A stretch of DNA of 64,000 nucleotides from Myxococcales bacterium (lineage in GTDB: Bacteria; Myxococcota_A; UBA9042; JABWCM01; BTVJ01): contig BTVJ01000011.1 of NCBI GenBank assembly GCA_045863395.1, forward strand, positions 64,001-128,000, in the 5' to 3' direction. The position numbers were made by a program, and so were the translations under genes. Below are positions 37,125 through 46,525 of the stretch, piece by piece; position 1 is the first letter of the stretch; each line of letters begins with the position of its first letter. The notes under the pieces are model-generated. The model was given only the letters and a program-made list of their open reading frames with translations. It was not told the DNA's origin and did not search any database.

Positions 37125-39050
37125 CTACAGCTCCGTCCGTGTGCGCAGCTCCGTGATCGCCGCCGTGGCAGCGCTCGCCAACGCTGCGGCGTGCCCGGTC
37201 AGCGCCGCCGCCGCCCCTTGCAGGTCCCCCTTGGCCGCCCCCGCGAGCGCGCCCAGCTCTCCCTTCAGCGCGTCCACGGCGCCCCCCACGCTCGCCTTGG
37301 CGTCCTCCAGCTTCCCGGTCAGCTCTCCTTTGGCGCTGGCGAAGGCCCCGCTGATGCGCCCCACCGAGCCGCTGGCCGCCGTCTCCAGCTCCGCGGAGGC
37401 CGCGGCGACCTGCGGGCTCAGGTCAACGGTGGGAGCCTCCTCGGTCGCCGACTCGTCCTCACGCACCTCCATGAAGAGGAGCCCTTCCTCCATCTGGAGC
37501 GTCTCTCCGTCGGCGCCCCGCACCCGCCGCACGGTCCAGACCGGCTTGTCGTCCACGTAGACGTGCTCCAGGGCCGTCTCGTCTGCCGCGTTCTTGCCAA
37601 ACAGGATGCGGTTGCCCTGGGTCTCCAGCGGGAGCTGGACCCCCGCCGTCCACTGGAGCGTCCGCACGATCTCGGCGCCGTGGAGGTCGAGGCGCACGAG
37701 CACGCGCTCGTCTTTTGTCAGAGGCGCGTAGAAGTGGCCGCGCATGACGGATGGGCGGAACGGGGCGCGGACCTCCTGGTTCCAGAGCGGCACCAGCACC
37801 TCGTAGAACCACTCGCCGGTGTCCGGGTCTTCGTGGACGGCGTAGATCCGGTCTCCGGGCTGCCCCCCGTCACAGACCACCTTGCCCTCCACGAGGAGCG
37901 GCTCCGGGGGCTCGGCGCGGGGCGGCAGGTGGGTGGAGAGGTCGGCCGCCGACTCCCACACGGAGGCCAGGTCCAGCGTGTATGTGCGGGCCGTCGTGTC
38001 CCGGTCGCGGCTCTCCAGCGGGTCGGTCGCCTCGGCGCGCAGGTCCACCGAGAGCACGCGGAACGCCTTGCCCCGCGGCCAGGCAGCCCCGGCGAGCCAC
38101 TCCTGCGCCAGTGAGACGGGGCGGCCCGGCGCGAACGGGACGCTCGGCCAGGTGGAGTAGACCACGGAGAGCTCCGGGGCGCGCAGCCTCAGGCGGGTCG
38201 TCTCCAGCTCCACCCGGTCGTCCAGCGTGACGCTCAGCGGGGTGATGACCAGGTGGTCCTCGGTCACGCCTTCGACCGCCTGGTCCTGCGCGACCTCCAC
38301 CGTCGCCGGTTGCTCGGCGGCCCCGTTGTGGACCCGCGCCTTGCTGCGGCGGGTGGCGGGCAGACGCAGGGTGGCCCTGCCCACCTCCGTTCCCCGAACA
38401 GTCCGCGCGGTGCCCCCCGGCTTGCGGTCGCGCAGCGAATACTCGCCGGTGTCGTGGTCCAGCAGCAGGTGGCCCCCCGCGCCGTCCACCCAGTCCACGA
38501 GCAGATCGTAGAACGACGTCCCCCGCGAGGCGTCGAGCGGCAGGCACACCACGTGGTGGGTCACACCCGCGCTCGCCATCTCGATGTTCAGCTTCAGGCC
38601 CCCGACCGCCTGCTCGCCGACGACGTCGGCCACCGTGGCCTCGGCCCGCAGCACCGCAGGGAAGTGCTGGCGCCACAGCACCTGCGCCGGGTCGGTGAAG
38701 TGAACGGTGTACTCCCGGGTCAGGACCGGCGTCCCGGACACGTCGGCGAAGGCGAACTCACGGACCGCTCGCGAGGTCGCGAGGGCGCGCACGACGAGCG
38801 GCTCGGGCTGCGTGTCCACGAGCGGGAACTCTCCGTTGAGCGTCAGCCGGACGTCCGCGCGGTCGGGGGTCACGAAGCGCGGAAGGAGCGCGTCCTCGGC
38901 CTCTTCGCCATGCACGACGAACGTCACGGAGCCGTCGAGGCCCCACAGGCGGAGCCGCAGGTCGCAGGCGCGCACGTTGCCGCCGGGGATGGCGAAAACG
39001 TCGCTCCCGATGGTCAGCTCCACACCGATGCTGAGCCTGTCGGCCGCCAC
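37125..39050 (-). CDS. VgrG gp27/OB-fold hub protein (PdpA-like role) with C-terminal helical extension
   Basis: YTVHFTDP.QVLW, SFYDLL, P.LVEGKVV, VLVPLWN, GHFYAPLTKDERVLV; no beta-helix; GTG start after AGGAG. Confidence 0.7.
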   Translation of the reverse strand: MAADRLSIGVELTIGSDVFAIPGGNVRACDLRLRLWGLDGSVTFVVHGEEAEDALLPRFVTPDRADVRLTLNGEFPLVDTQPEPLVVRALATSRAVREFAFADVSGTPVLTREYTVHFTDPAQVLWRQHFPAVLRAEATVADVVGEQAVGGLKLNIEMASAGVTHHVVCLPLDASRGTSFYDLLVDWVDGAGGHLLLDHDTGEYSLRDRKPGGTARTVRGTEVGRATLRLPATRRSKARVHNGAAEQPATVEVAQDQAVEGVTEDHLVITPLSVTLDDRVELETTRLRLRAPELSVVYSTWPSVPFAPGRPVSLAQEWLAGAAWPRGKAFRVLSVDLRAEATDPLESRDRDTTARTYTLDLASVWESAADLSTHLPPRAEPPEPLLVEGKVVCDGGQPGDRIYAVHEDPDTGEWFYEVLVPLWNQEVRAPFRPSVMRGHFYAPLTKDERVLVRLDLHGAEIVRTLQWTAGVQLPLETQGNRILFGKNAADETALEHVYVDDKPVWTVRRVRGADGETLQMEEGLLFMEVREDESATEEAPTVDLSPQVAAASAELETAASGSVGRISGAFASAKGELTGKLEDAKASVGGAVDALKGELGALAGAAKGDLQGAAAALTGHAAALASAATAAITELRTRTEL

Positions 39051-39250
39051 GAGCGCGCTCCTGGGTGCAGGGGTCCGGGCGCTGAAGATACCGGCCTGGG
39101 CGGGGGCTGTCCATCGGGGAGCGCGCCGGTGCCGCGACCGAGGAGCGCCGCTCGCGCCCCCTGCTGCCGTGCCCGGCGGAGCTACGCGCCTTGTCGCAGC
39201 ACGGGCAAAGCCGTACAGTCGGCGTCCACACCAGACCGGATGGAGGACCC

Positions 39251-39979
39251 ATGGAGTGCCGCAAGTGCCAGACGGACCTGACGGGGGTCGAGCACCGCAT
39301 GGTCGCGCAGTGGCCATTCTGCGTCCCCTGCTTCGAGGAGCTGCTCTCCACTCCGAAGCCAGCGCCACCCGCGGAGGAGCCCGCGCCCGTGGTGGCCTCC
39401 GTGGCGGTCGTCGAAGCAACCGCCACGGTCGAGCCGGCCGCTGGCGTGCGGGTGGCCACCGCCGAGCCCACGCTGACCGCCGACGTCGCCACCTGCCGCC
39501 TCTGCGAGGGCGTCTTCCCCGCCTCCGACATGGTGCACCTCGGCTTCTGGCGCTTCTGCCCGGCGTGCATCCAGGACGTGGTGGAGAACCCCGAGCCTCC
39601 GCCGGCGCTCGCCGTGGAGGCGCACGAGGACCGCCCGGAGCCCATCCGTCCGGCTCCGCTGGTGTGGGTCAACTGCGCCCGCTGCGGCCGCCGCGTCCCT
39701 GACGGGGGCGCCAAGCGCATCGACGGGGAACCCTACTGCCCGGACTGCCACCACGCGCTGGCTCCGCCCCCGCCGCTGCCGGACCTCGCCGCCCTGGCAG
39801 CGCCGGAGCCCGGAGCCGCCGCAGGCTCGTGCGAGGCCTGCGGCCGAGAGACCCCCGGCGAGACTCCCCTGCGCGTCGAAGCCTACCGAATCTGCCGCGC
39901 CTGTCTGCGCTCGGACCCGGACCTCGCGCTGGAGCTGGCCGCGGTGCGCCACCGTCGGCAAGGGGCGGCCCCGAGCTGA
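39251..39979 (+). CDS. Protein with four CxxC...CxxC zinc-finger repeats
   Basis: CRKC/CVPC, CRLC/CPAC, CARC/CPDC, CEAC/CRAC separated by Pro/Ala linkers; GGAGG RBS. Confidence 0.8.
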   Translation: MECRKCQTDLTGVEHRMVAQWPFCVPCFEELLSTPKPAPPAEEPAPVVASVAVVEATATVEPAAGVRVATAEPTLTADVATCRLCEGVFPASDMVHLGFWRFCPACIQDVVENPEPPPALAVEAHEDRPEPIRPAPLVWVNCARCGRRVPDGGAKRIDGEPYCPDCHHALAPPPPLPDLAALAAPEPGAAAGSCEACGRETPGETPLRVEAYRICRACLRSDPDLALELAAVRHRRQGAAPS

Positions 39980-40071
39980 CCGCCCGGGTCGGCCGCAGGT
40001 CACCCCAGCCACCGAGCCGGGCGTTCAGGCAAGCAGCACGTCTGGTCTGTGATCGCAGAACCTGGAGGACC

Positions 40072-40512
40072 TCACCTTGCCCGGCGCAGGGCCCAGGCGA
40101 GCAGCGCCGCGATGCCCCCGGCCATCGCGACCCAGAAGGCGGAGAACACCGTGAAGAAGACGACAGGGCTCGAGCGGTTGAAGAAGCCGGCACGTACCTG
40201 GATGGTCTTTGGCTCCTCCGGCTTGTAGAGCACGTCGACGGCGGAGCCCTCCGCGATGCCCCAGGTGGTGGCCACGGCAGCCGGCGCCGTCACGGCCACC
40301 CCGCCCCGCGTCGCAAAGGAGACGACCACCTGCGTGACGTCCTCGGAGTCGCGCCCGTTGAACCTCACCACGGACTCGATGCGCTCTACCCTGCCCGGGA
40401 CCCTCTCGGCTTGCGCCTCGAAGGCGGCCTCGTCGGCGGCGAAGCTGCGGGCGAGGAGCGCACAGATCACGCCGACCACGAGGAAGATGGCGGGGAGGAT
40501 CACCTTCTGCAC
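40072..40512 (-). CDS. DUF3592-like membrane protein
   Basis: Two TM helices around a beta domain (VPGRVERI, VSF, GSAVDVLYKPEEP). Confidence 0.7.
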   Translation of the reverse strand: MQKVILPAIFLVVGVICALLARSFAADEAAFEAQAERVPGRVERIESVVRFNGRDSEDVTQVVVSFATRGGVAVTAPAAVATTWGIAEGSAVDVLYKPEEPKTIQVRAGFFNRSSPVVFFTVFSAFWVAMAGGIAALLAWALRRAR

Positions 40513-40707
40513 GAGCGCCTCTGATCGAGGGTGGGTGGGCCGAAGCATAGGCCACCTGGGCGGCGAGCGCCATCCAGTGCACTCCAAGGGTCACAGCGCG
40601 GCCCGGCCGACCCGCACCGGACGTCACCGCGGGGGCGGTGACAAGCGGGCTGCGCCGCAGTGACATCCCCTTTGCGGGGCGGGCACTGGGGCGGGTAGCA
40701 TGGCCCG

Positions 40708-41823
40708 ATGTCACTCCGCACCACCCTTGCCCTCATCGTGTTGCTTGCCTCGGCCTGCGCAGCCGACGAGCCGCCCGCCGACGTCCAGCCCCAGGCATCA
40801 GCCGATGCGGCAGGCATGGTCGACGTCTCCCCGGACACCGGTCCCCGCGGCGCCGATGCGAGCGACGCAGTCAAACCGGAAGACGTCGGCCACCCCGCTG
40901 ATACCGCCGATGCCGCCGACGTGAGCGCACCCGGCACCGACGCCGACGCCGGCTCCTCGCTCGACGCCGCCGATGCCGCGGACACCGCCCAGCTCGACGG
41001 GAGCGACGCAGCGCCCGACGCAGGGCCCCCCGGCTGGATCCCGCCGGAGGAAGGCGGCTGCAACGGCTGGCTGGCCCTGTGTGATCGCCCCTACGATCAG
41101 GTGAGCTACGCGACGGCCCACAACGCCATGTCCAGCGACATGGACGGCTGGTTCTTCGCGAACCAGCACCTCGACGTGCCGCACCAACTCGCCCTGGGCA
41201 TCCGCGGCCTGATGCTCGACGTCCACCCGGACAAGGGCGGCGTGGCCCTGTGCCACGGCACCTGCCTCGCGGGCTCGCAGCCACTGGTGGAGGGCCTGGC
41301 GGAGATCCGCGCCTTTCTGGACGACAACCCGCGAGAGGTGGTGACCCTCATCCTGGAGAGCTACGTCCCGCCCATGGAGGTCGCCCAGCGCTTCGAGGAT
41401 GCGGATCTGGCGCACTACGCACACGCCCACACGCCGGGCACCCCCTGGCCGACCCTCGGCGCTCTGGTCGATGCGGGGGAGCGGCTCGTGGTGCTCTCCG
41501 ACAATGCGGGCGGGCCGCCCTGGCACATGGACGTGTGGGAGCACGCCTTCGAGACTCACTACCACTTCGAGTCGGTCGCGGAGCTGAGCTGCGATCCGAA
41601 TCGCGGCGAAGCGGCCAACCCCCTGTTCATCCTGAACCACTTCCTGACGAGCCCCATCGCCTCCCAGGAACTCGCCGAGCAGGTCAACCACAACCCGCTG
41701 CTGTGGGATCGCGCCGTCACCTGCCAGGCGGAGGTGAAGCACCTCCCCACCTTCGTGACGCTGGACTTCGTGGACATCGGCGACCTGATCTCCGTCGTCG
41801 ATGCGCTCAACCAGGAACCTTGA
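40708..41823 (+). CDS. Lipoprotein with PI-PLC X-like phosphodiesterase domain
   Basis: LASAC lipobox, Asp/Ala linker, CNG..LCDRPY..TAHN, QL..GIRGLMLDVH, LCHG.C, EVVTLILE. Confidence 0.8.
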   Translation: MSLRTTLALIVLLASACAADEPPADVQPQASADAAGMVDVSPDTGPRGADASDAVKPEDVGHPADTADAADVSAPGTDADAGSSLDAADAADTAQLDGSDAAPDAGPPGWIPPEEGGCNGWLALCDRPYDQVSYATAHNAMSSDMDGWFFANQHLDVPHQLALGIRGLMLDVHPDKGGVALCHGTCLAGSQPLVEGLAEIRAFLDDNPREVVTLILESYVPPMEVAQRFEDADLAHYAHAHTPGTPWPTLGALVDAGERLVVLSDNAGGPPWHMDVWEHAFETHYHFESVAELSCDPNRGEAANPLFILNHFLTSPIASQELAEQVNHNPLLWDRAVTCQAEVKHLPTFVTLDFVDIGDLISVVDALNQEP

Positions 41824-41922
41824 CGTGCGCGGGACCCGGGGGGCAGACTCGCGCACCGGGACGGGCTCGCTCGCGCTTCGGGAGCGAGGCACCCGACGCC
41901 CGGGCGCAGGACAGGAGCGGCC

Positions 41923-42735
41923 ATGACGACACCGAGCACCGGGCAGGTTCAGCAGTTCTGGGAGCAGAACCCCCTGGCGGTCGCGGGCATCACAGCCGAG
42001 CCCGGCACCAGGGGCTTCTACGCGGAGTTCAATCGCCTGCGCGAGGAGGTCGAGCCGCTCGGCTTCCAGGACTCCTTCTACCGCTTCGCCGACTACCGTG
42101 GGAAGCGCGTCTGCGAGGTGGGCTGCGGGAACGGGTACCTCCTCAGCCGTTATGCCGAGCACGGTGCCATCGTCACGGGCGTCGACCTCACTGAACGTGC
42201 CGTGGAGCTGTCACGGCGACGCTTCGAACTCCATGGCTTGCCTGGGACCTTCGTGCAGGGCAACGCCGAGCAGCTCCCTCTGCGCGACGGCTCCTTCGAT
42301 CTGGTCCTGTCCATGGGGGTGCTGCACCACGTGCCGGACATTCATCGCGCCGTCTCGGAGATCCGCCGCGTAGTCGAGCCCGGCGGCACGTTCCTGACGA
42401 TGGTGTACCACCGCAACTCCGCGGCCTACCGGCTGGTGTTCCCTCTCGAGGTCACCTTGCGCAAGGTGAACCGCGGCAAGAGCCTCCAGGACATGGTCAA
42501 CCAGGTCGACGGGCTCGGAAACCCCCTCGGGCGGGTGTACAGCCGCGGGGAGCTGCAGACCCTGCTCGCGGGCTTCCGCATCACGGAGACCGACGTGCGC
42601 CTGTTCGAGCTCTTCCTGGGCGGGCGCGTTCGACGGGCCCTCGCGCGGCTCCCTGTCTCGGTACAGGAGGCCCTCGGTCGCCGCGCTGGGTGGTTCCTGT
42701 ATGCCCGCGCCGAGCGCTCGACTGACTCCCAATGA
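41923..42735 (+). CDS. Class I SAM-dependent methyltransferase
   Basis: EVGCGNG, GVDLT, GNAEQLP, FDLV, GVLHH. Confidence 0.9.
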   Translation: MTTPSTGQVQQFWEQNPLAVAGITAEPGTRGFYAEFNRLREEVEPLGFQDSFYRFADYRGKRVCEVGCGNGYLLSRYAEHGAIVTGVDLTERAVELSRRRFELHGLPGTFVQGNAEQLPLRDGSFDLVLSMGVLHHVPDIHRAVSEIRRVVEPGGTFLTMVYHRNSAAYRLVFPLEVTLRKVNRGKSLQDMVNQVDGLGNPLGRVYSRGELQTLLAGFRITETDVRLFELFLGGRVRRALARLPVSVQEALGRRAGWFLYARAERSTDSQ

Positions 42736-43763
42736 CCGAGCCGCTGTGCGTCGCGCTGGTCGGAGTCTTCCCTCCCCCCCTCGGCGGTGTATCCGTGCAT
42801 CTCCAGCGGCTCGCCGCGAGGCTCGAGGACCAAGGGGTCTCCGTCATGAGGCAGGGAGCGCCGACGGGGCCGCCGTTTTTCGGCTACCACCTGGAGGTTC
42901 TGCGCCGGACCCGGGGCGCACACGTGGTGCACGCCCACCTTCACGGCGCTGCGCACCTCGCGCTGCTGGCCGCGCTGGCGCGCACCTGCCGTCGCGTCGT
43001 GCTCACGATCCACGGCGACAATGTAGTCGGCCCCGCCCTGGAGGGGCACCGGTCCCGCGCCGCGGTCACCGGCGCGGCGCTGCGGTCGTTGCACGCCGTG
43101 GTTTGCGTCAACCCCCGGATCCAGCAGGAGGTCCTCGCTCTCGGCGTGCGGCATGAGCGCACACTGGTGGCGCCCGCCTTTCTGCCCCCCGACGAGCGGA
43201 CCCTGAGCACGGACGTCCTGCCGGAGGTCGCCGCCTTCGTGGACCGCCACCGCCCGGTGCTCTCCGCCAGCGCGTTCACCTTCGATCTCCACCGCGGGAT
43301 CCTGTTGTACGGGCAGGACCAGCTCGTGGAGCTCGTCGCCCGGCTCGCGCCATCCCTGCCGGACCTCGGGCTGGTGGTACACCTTTCGCGGACCGACGGC
43401 CCCAGCGCCGAACGCTTCGCGGCGACACGCGCCCTCGCCAGGGAGCGCGGCGTGGATGATCGGGTCCTCTGGGTTCCAGGCTCCCGTGACCTGGGGCCCA
43501 CGCTCGCGCGCTCGGACGCGCTGATCCGCCCCACGGCCACTGACGGCGACGCGGTCAGCGTGCGCGAGGCGCTGCACCTCGGCGTGCCCGTCGTGGCCAG
43601 CGACGCGGTGGGGCGTCCGGAAGGCACGCACGTGGCGCGCAGCGGCGATCTGGACGCGCTTGTGGCGGCGACGCGGAAGGCCCTGGCGTCAGAGCGCCGC
43701 CGCCAGCCGCAGCCCGACCCGTTTCCGCGGCTCCTCGCGCTCTACCGGGAGGTCGCGGGCTGA
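42732..43763 (+). CDS. Glycosyltransferase family 4
   Basis: PPPLGGVSVH, LTIHG, DGDAVSVREAL..GVPVVASD. Confidence 0.85.
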   Translation: MTEPLCVALVGVFPPPLGGVSVHLQRLAARLEDQGVSVMRQGAPTGPPFFGYHLEVLRRTRGAHVVHAHLHGAAHLALLAALARTCRRVVLTIHGDNVVGPALEGHRSRAAVTGAALRSLHAVVCVNPRIQQEVLALGVRHERTLVAPAFLPPDERTLSTDVLPEVAAFVDRHRPVLSASAFTFDLHRGILLYGQDQLVELVARLAPSLPDLGLVVHLSRTDGPSAERFAATRALARERGVDDRVLWVPGSRDLGPTLARSDALIRPTATDGDAVSVREALHLGVPVVASDAVGRPEGTHVARSGDLDALVAATRKALASERRRQPQPDPFPRLLALYREVAG

Positions 43764-43788
43764 CACGCGGCGTGCGAACACCCCCTCC

Positions 43789-45117
43789 TCACGCCCCGTA
43801 CTTCTTCCGCTTTCGCCACAGGGTCGAGGGGTCGATGCCGAGCTTGGCCGCGGCCTCGGCGAGGGGGACTCCCAGCGCCAGCACGCGGCGAATCTGGCGC
43901 TCCTCCAGCTCGGCGAGGGTGAGGCGCTCGTCGGCGGTGTCCGGGTGGGTCTCAAGGAGGCGGGGGGGGAGGTGCTCCGGGCGGAGCGTGCGTCCCGGGG
44001 CGAGCAGGACCGCCCGCTCCAGGGTGTGGGCCAGCTCCCGGACGTTGCCGGGCCAGGGCCAGGCGAGCAGGAGGCGCTCCACGTCGGCGTCCCAGCCGGT
44101 GACCGCGCGGCCGTGGGCGCGGCTCAGGGAGGCCACCAGCTCCCGGGCGAGGAGCGCCACGTCCTCGGGGCGGTGGCGGAGCGCCGGCACGGCCAGGTCC
44201 ACCACACTGATGCGATAGAAGAGATCCTCGCGGAAGGTGCGGTCCCTGACCATCTCCTCCAGGTCCCGGTTGGTCGCCGCGATGAGGCGCGCATCCACGG
44301 TGCGGGGCGTTGGGTCGCCGACGCGCTCGAAGGTGCGGGTCTCGACGAAGCGCAGGAGCTTCCCCTGGAGGTGGAGCGGCACCTCGCCCACCTCGTCGAG
44401 GAACAGGGTGCCGCCGGCGGCGGTCTCCACCTTGCCCGGCTTGTCCGCGATGGCGCCGGTGAAGGCGCCCCGCTTGTGCCCGAACAGCTCGGACTCCAGC
44501 AGCGCCTCTTGGAAGGACGTGCAGTCCGCCGTCACGAAGGGGCCCCCCGCGCGCCCGCTCGCCTCGTGGATCAGCCGCGCCAGCAGCGTCTTGCCCGTGC
44601 CGCTCTCGCCGGTGATCAGGACGGTCGCGTCGGATGTGGCGACGCTGCGGGCCAGCTCCAGCAGGTGCAGCATCGCCGGGTTCTGCGTGAGGAAGCGCCC
44701 GTGGAAGGGCAGGTCGCCCACGCGGCGGCGGAGGCCCGCGACCTCGCTCCGCAGGCTCCGCACCGTCTCGATCTGCGCGAGCCGCGCCCGGACCTGCGCC
44801 GGCGTGAAGGGCTTGGTCAGATAGTCGAAGGCGCCCTCCTTCATGGCCTCCACCGCCGTCTCGATGCTCCCGTGCGCGGTGATGATGACGGTCTCGACGG
44901 AGCGGTGCTCGTCGCGAAGGCGCCGCAGCACTTCGTTGCCGCTCATGCCCGGGAGCTGGAGGTCGACCAGGGCCACGTCCACGCTCTCGCGGGCGAGCTG
45001 CGCCAGGGCGGCCTCTCCGGTGCCGGCGGTCAGCACTGTGTGGCCGTCGCCGCGCAGCAAGAGCTCCAGGGTGCGCACGATGTGCGGGTCGTCGTCCAGG
45101 ATCAGGATGCGGCTCAT
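43789..45117 (-). CDS. Sigma54-dependent response regulator (NtrC/AlgB-like)
   Basis: REC domain, GESGTGKT, ESELFGH, GAFTGA, FLDEVGE, WPGNVREL, Fis-type HTH. Confidence 0.95.
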   Translation of the reverse strand: MSRILILDDDPHIVRTLELLLRGDGHTVLTAGTGEAALAQLARESVDVALVDLQLPGMSGNEVLRRLRDEHRSVETVIITAHGSIETAVEAMKEGAFDYLTKPFTPAQVRARLAQIETVRSLRSEVAGLRRRVGDLPFHGRFLTQNPAMLHLLELARSVATSDATVLITGESGTGKTLLARLIHEASGRAGGPFVTADCTSFQEALLESELFGHKRGAFTGAIADKPGKVETAAGGTLFLDEVGEVPLHLQGKLLRFVETRTFERVGDPTPRTVDARLIAATNRDLEEMVRDRTFREDLFYRISVVDLAVPALRHRPEDVALLARELVASLSRAHGRAVTGWDADVERLLLAWPWPGNVRELAHTLERAVLLAPGRTLRPEHLPPRLLETHPDTADERLTLAELEERQIRRVLALGVPLAEAAAKLGIDPSTLWRKRKKYGA

Positions 45118-46478
45118 GTTCTCTCCGCAGTGACGGGGATGTGGATGCGGAAGGTGGTGCCCTCGCCGACCCGGCTCTCGACGCTGATCCTTCCCCGGTG
45201 CGCAGAGACGATCTCCCGGGCGATGGCGAGGCCGAGGCCATGGGTGCCGGCCTGGGGCGCCGCGTCCGCCGAGACGAACGGGTCGAAGATGCGCGGCAGC
45301 GCCTCTGCGGGGATGCCGGCGCCCGTGTCCGCCACCGTGACCTCGACGCCGCCTTCCATCGCTGCGACCGCCACGCGGACACTGCCACCGCGCGGGGTGT
45401 AGCGCAGGGCGTTGCCGGCGATGTTGGTGACCACCCAGGGGAACTTCACCGGGTCGACGCGTGCGATCATCCCCCCTTCCGGGAGCGCGAGCGAGATGCC
45501 CGACGCCTCCGCTTGCGGAAGCAGCGGCCGCAGGGCGGTCCGCAGCAGGGGCGCCAGCTCCACGGGCTGGACCCGCACGGTCAGGTCCGGCGCCACGTCC
45601 CGGGACGCGTCGATGAGCTCCGCGATCAGCGCCGCCAGGTTGTCGCAGTCCTCGCCCGCGATGGCGAGCAGCTCCGCCTGGGCGGGATCCAGGTTCGTGA
45701 GCCGCTCCCGCAGCAGGTGGACCGACAGGGACAGCGAGGTCATGGGCGTCTTGAGCTGGTGGGAGAGCATGGAGACGAACCGGCGCCGCGACTCCTCGAG
45801 CGCGTGGGAGAGTCGCCGGGCCTGCGCGTCCTCGTAGGCGGCCAGGCGCCCGAGCAGCGCGTCCACCTCGCCCTGGAGGCGCCCGAGCTCGTCGGTCGGA
45901 GGCGGCGGCACTGGCCCCCCTGCGCCGAGCGCCGCGTGGAGCCGCGCCGCCACCTCGGTCACGGGGCCCCCGATGCGCCGCGCCGCCAGCAGCGCGAACC
46001 CGACCAGGGCGACCACGGTCGCCGCGAGTGCCCCCGCCACCGCGAGGCGCGCCGTGTGTGCGGTCTCCCGCGCGCGCCGCTCCGACGCGATCATGGCGGC
46101 CTCGTTGAGTGTGACCAGGTCCGCGATGCCCTGGCGCAGCCCGGCCGCGGTCTCTGGGTCGACGCGACCGCTCGCGGCCCCCCACGCGGCGCGCAGCCCG
46201 GCGAGCACCGCCGGCTCGCCGGGCTCGGTCACGTTGCGCTCGCACTGGACCAGCGCCTCCTCGAAGCGGGCGGCGTGATCGCCCGCGGCGCCGGTCTCCA
46301 CGTGGAGGAGCGCGGTCTCCATCTGCCGCGCCGCCTGGATCGTGTGATAGTTGTTGGCGAGGATTCGCTCGGCCGCCCGCCCGAGCTGATCGACGGCCAG
46401 GAGCCCGATGGCGCCGACCAGCACCACCAGCAGCCCCGGGATGAGCAGGGCGAGGAGCAACCGCGTTCGGAGGGTCAT
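45114..46478 (-). CDS. Sensor histidine kinase (KinB-like)
   Basis: Two TM helices, HAMP-like region, SHQLKTP, NALRYT, DTGAGI, GLGLAI. Confidence 0.92.
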   Translation of the reverse strand: MTLRTRLLLALLIPGLLVVLVGAIGLLAVDQLGRAAERILANNYHTIQAARQMETALLHVETGAAGDHAARFEEALVQCERNVTEPGEPAVLAGLRAAWGAASGRVDPETAAGLRQGIADLVTLNEAAMIASERRARETAHTARLAVAGALAATVVALVGFALLAARRIGGPVTEVAARLHAALGAGGPVPPPPTDELGRLQGEVDALLGRLAAYEDAQARRLSHALEESRRRFVSMLSHQLKTPMTSLSLSVHLLRERLTNLDPAQAELLAIAGEDCDNLAALIAELIDASRDVAPDLTVRVQPVELAPLLRTALRPLLPQAEASGISLALPEGGMIARVDPVKFPWVVTNIAGNALRYTPRGGSVRVAVAAMEGGVEVTVADTGAGIPAEALPRIFDPFVSADAAPQAGTHGLGLAIAREIVSAHRGRISVESRVGEGTTFRIHIPVTAERT

Positions 46479-46525
46479 GGCTCGCCTCCCGCCGCGACCA
46501 CGCGGCCGATGGCGACCATACACCG

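Noticed and set aside
25887..39050. Prophage tail or Afp/PVC-type eCIS
   Set aside because: Two-gene TssB/TssC sheath and TssK indicate T6SS lineage; no capsid, terminase, integrase or Afp15-like ATPase
40780..41030. gccgatgc-type short repeats as a CRISPR or DNA repeat array
   Set aside because: They encode the Asp/Ala linker; no constant repeat-spacer structure and no cas genes
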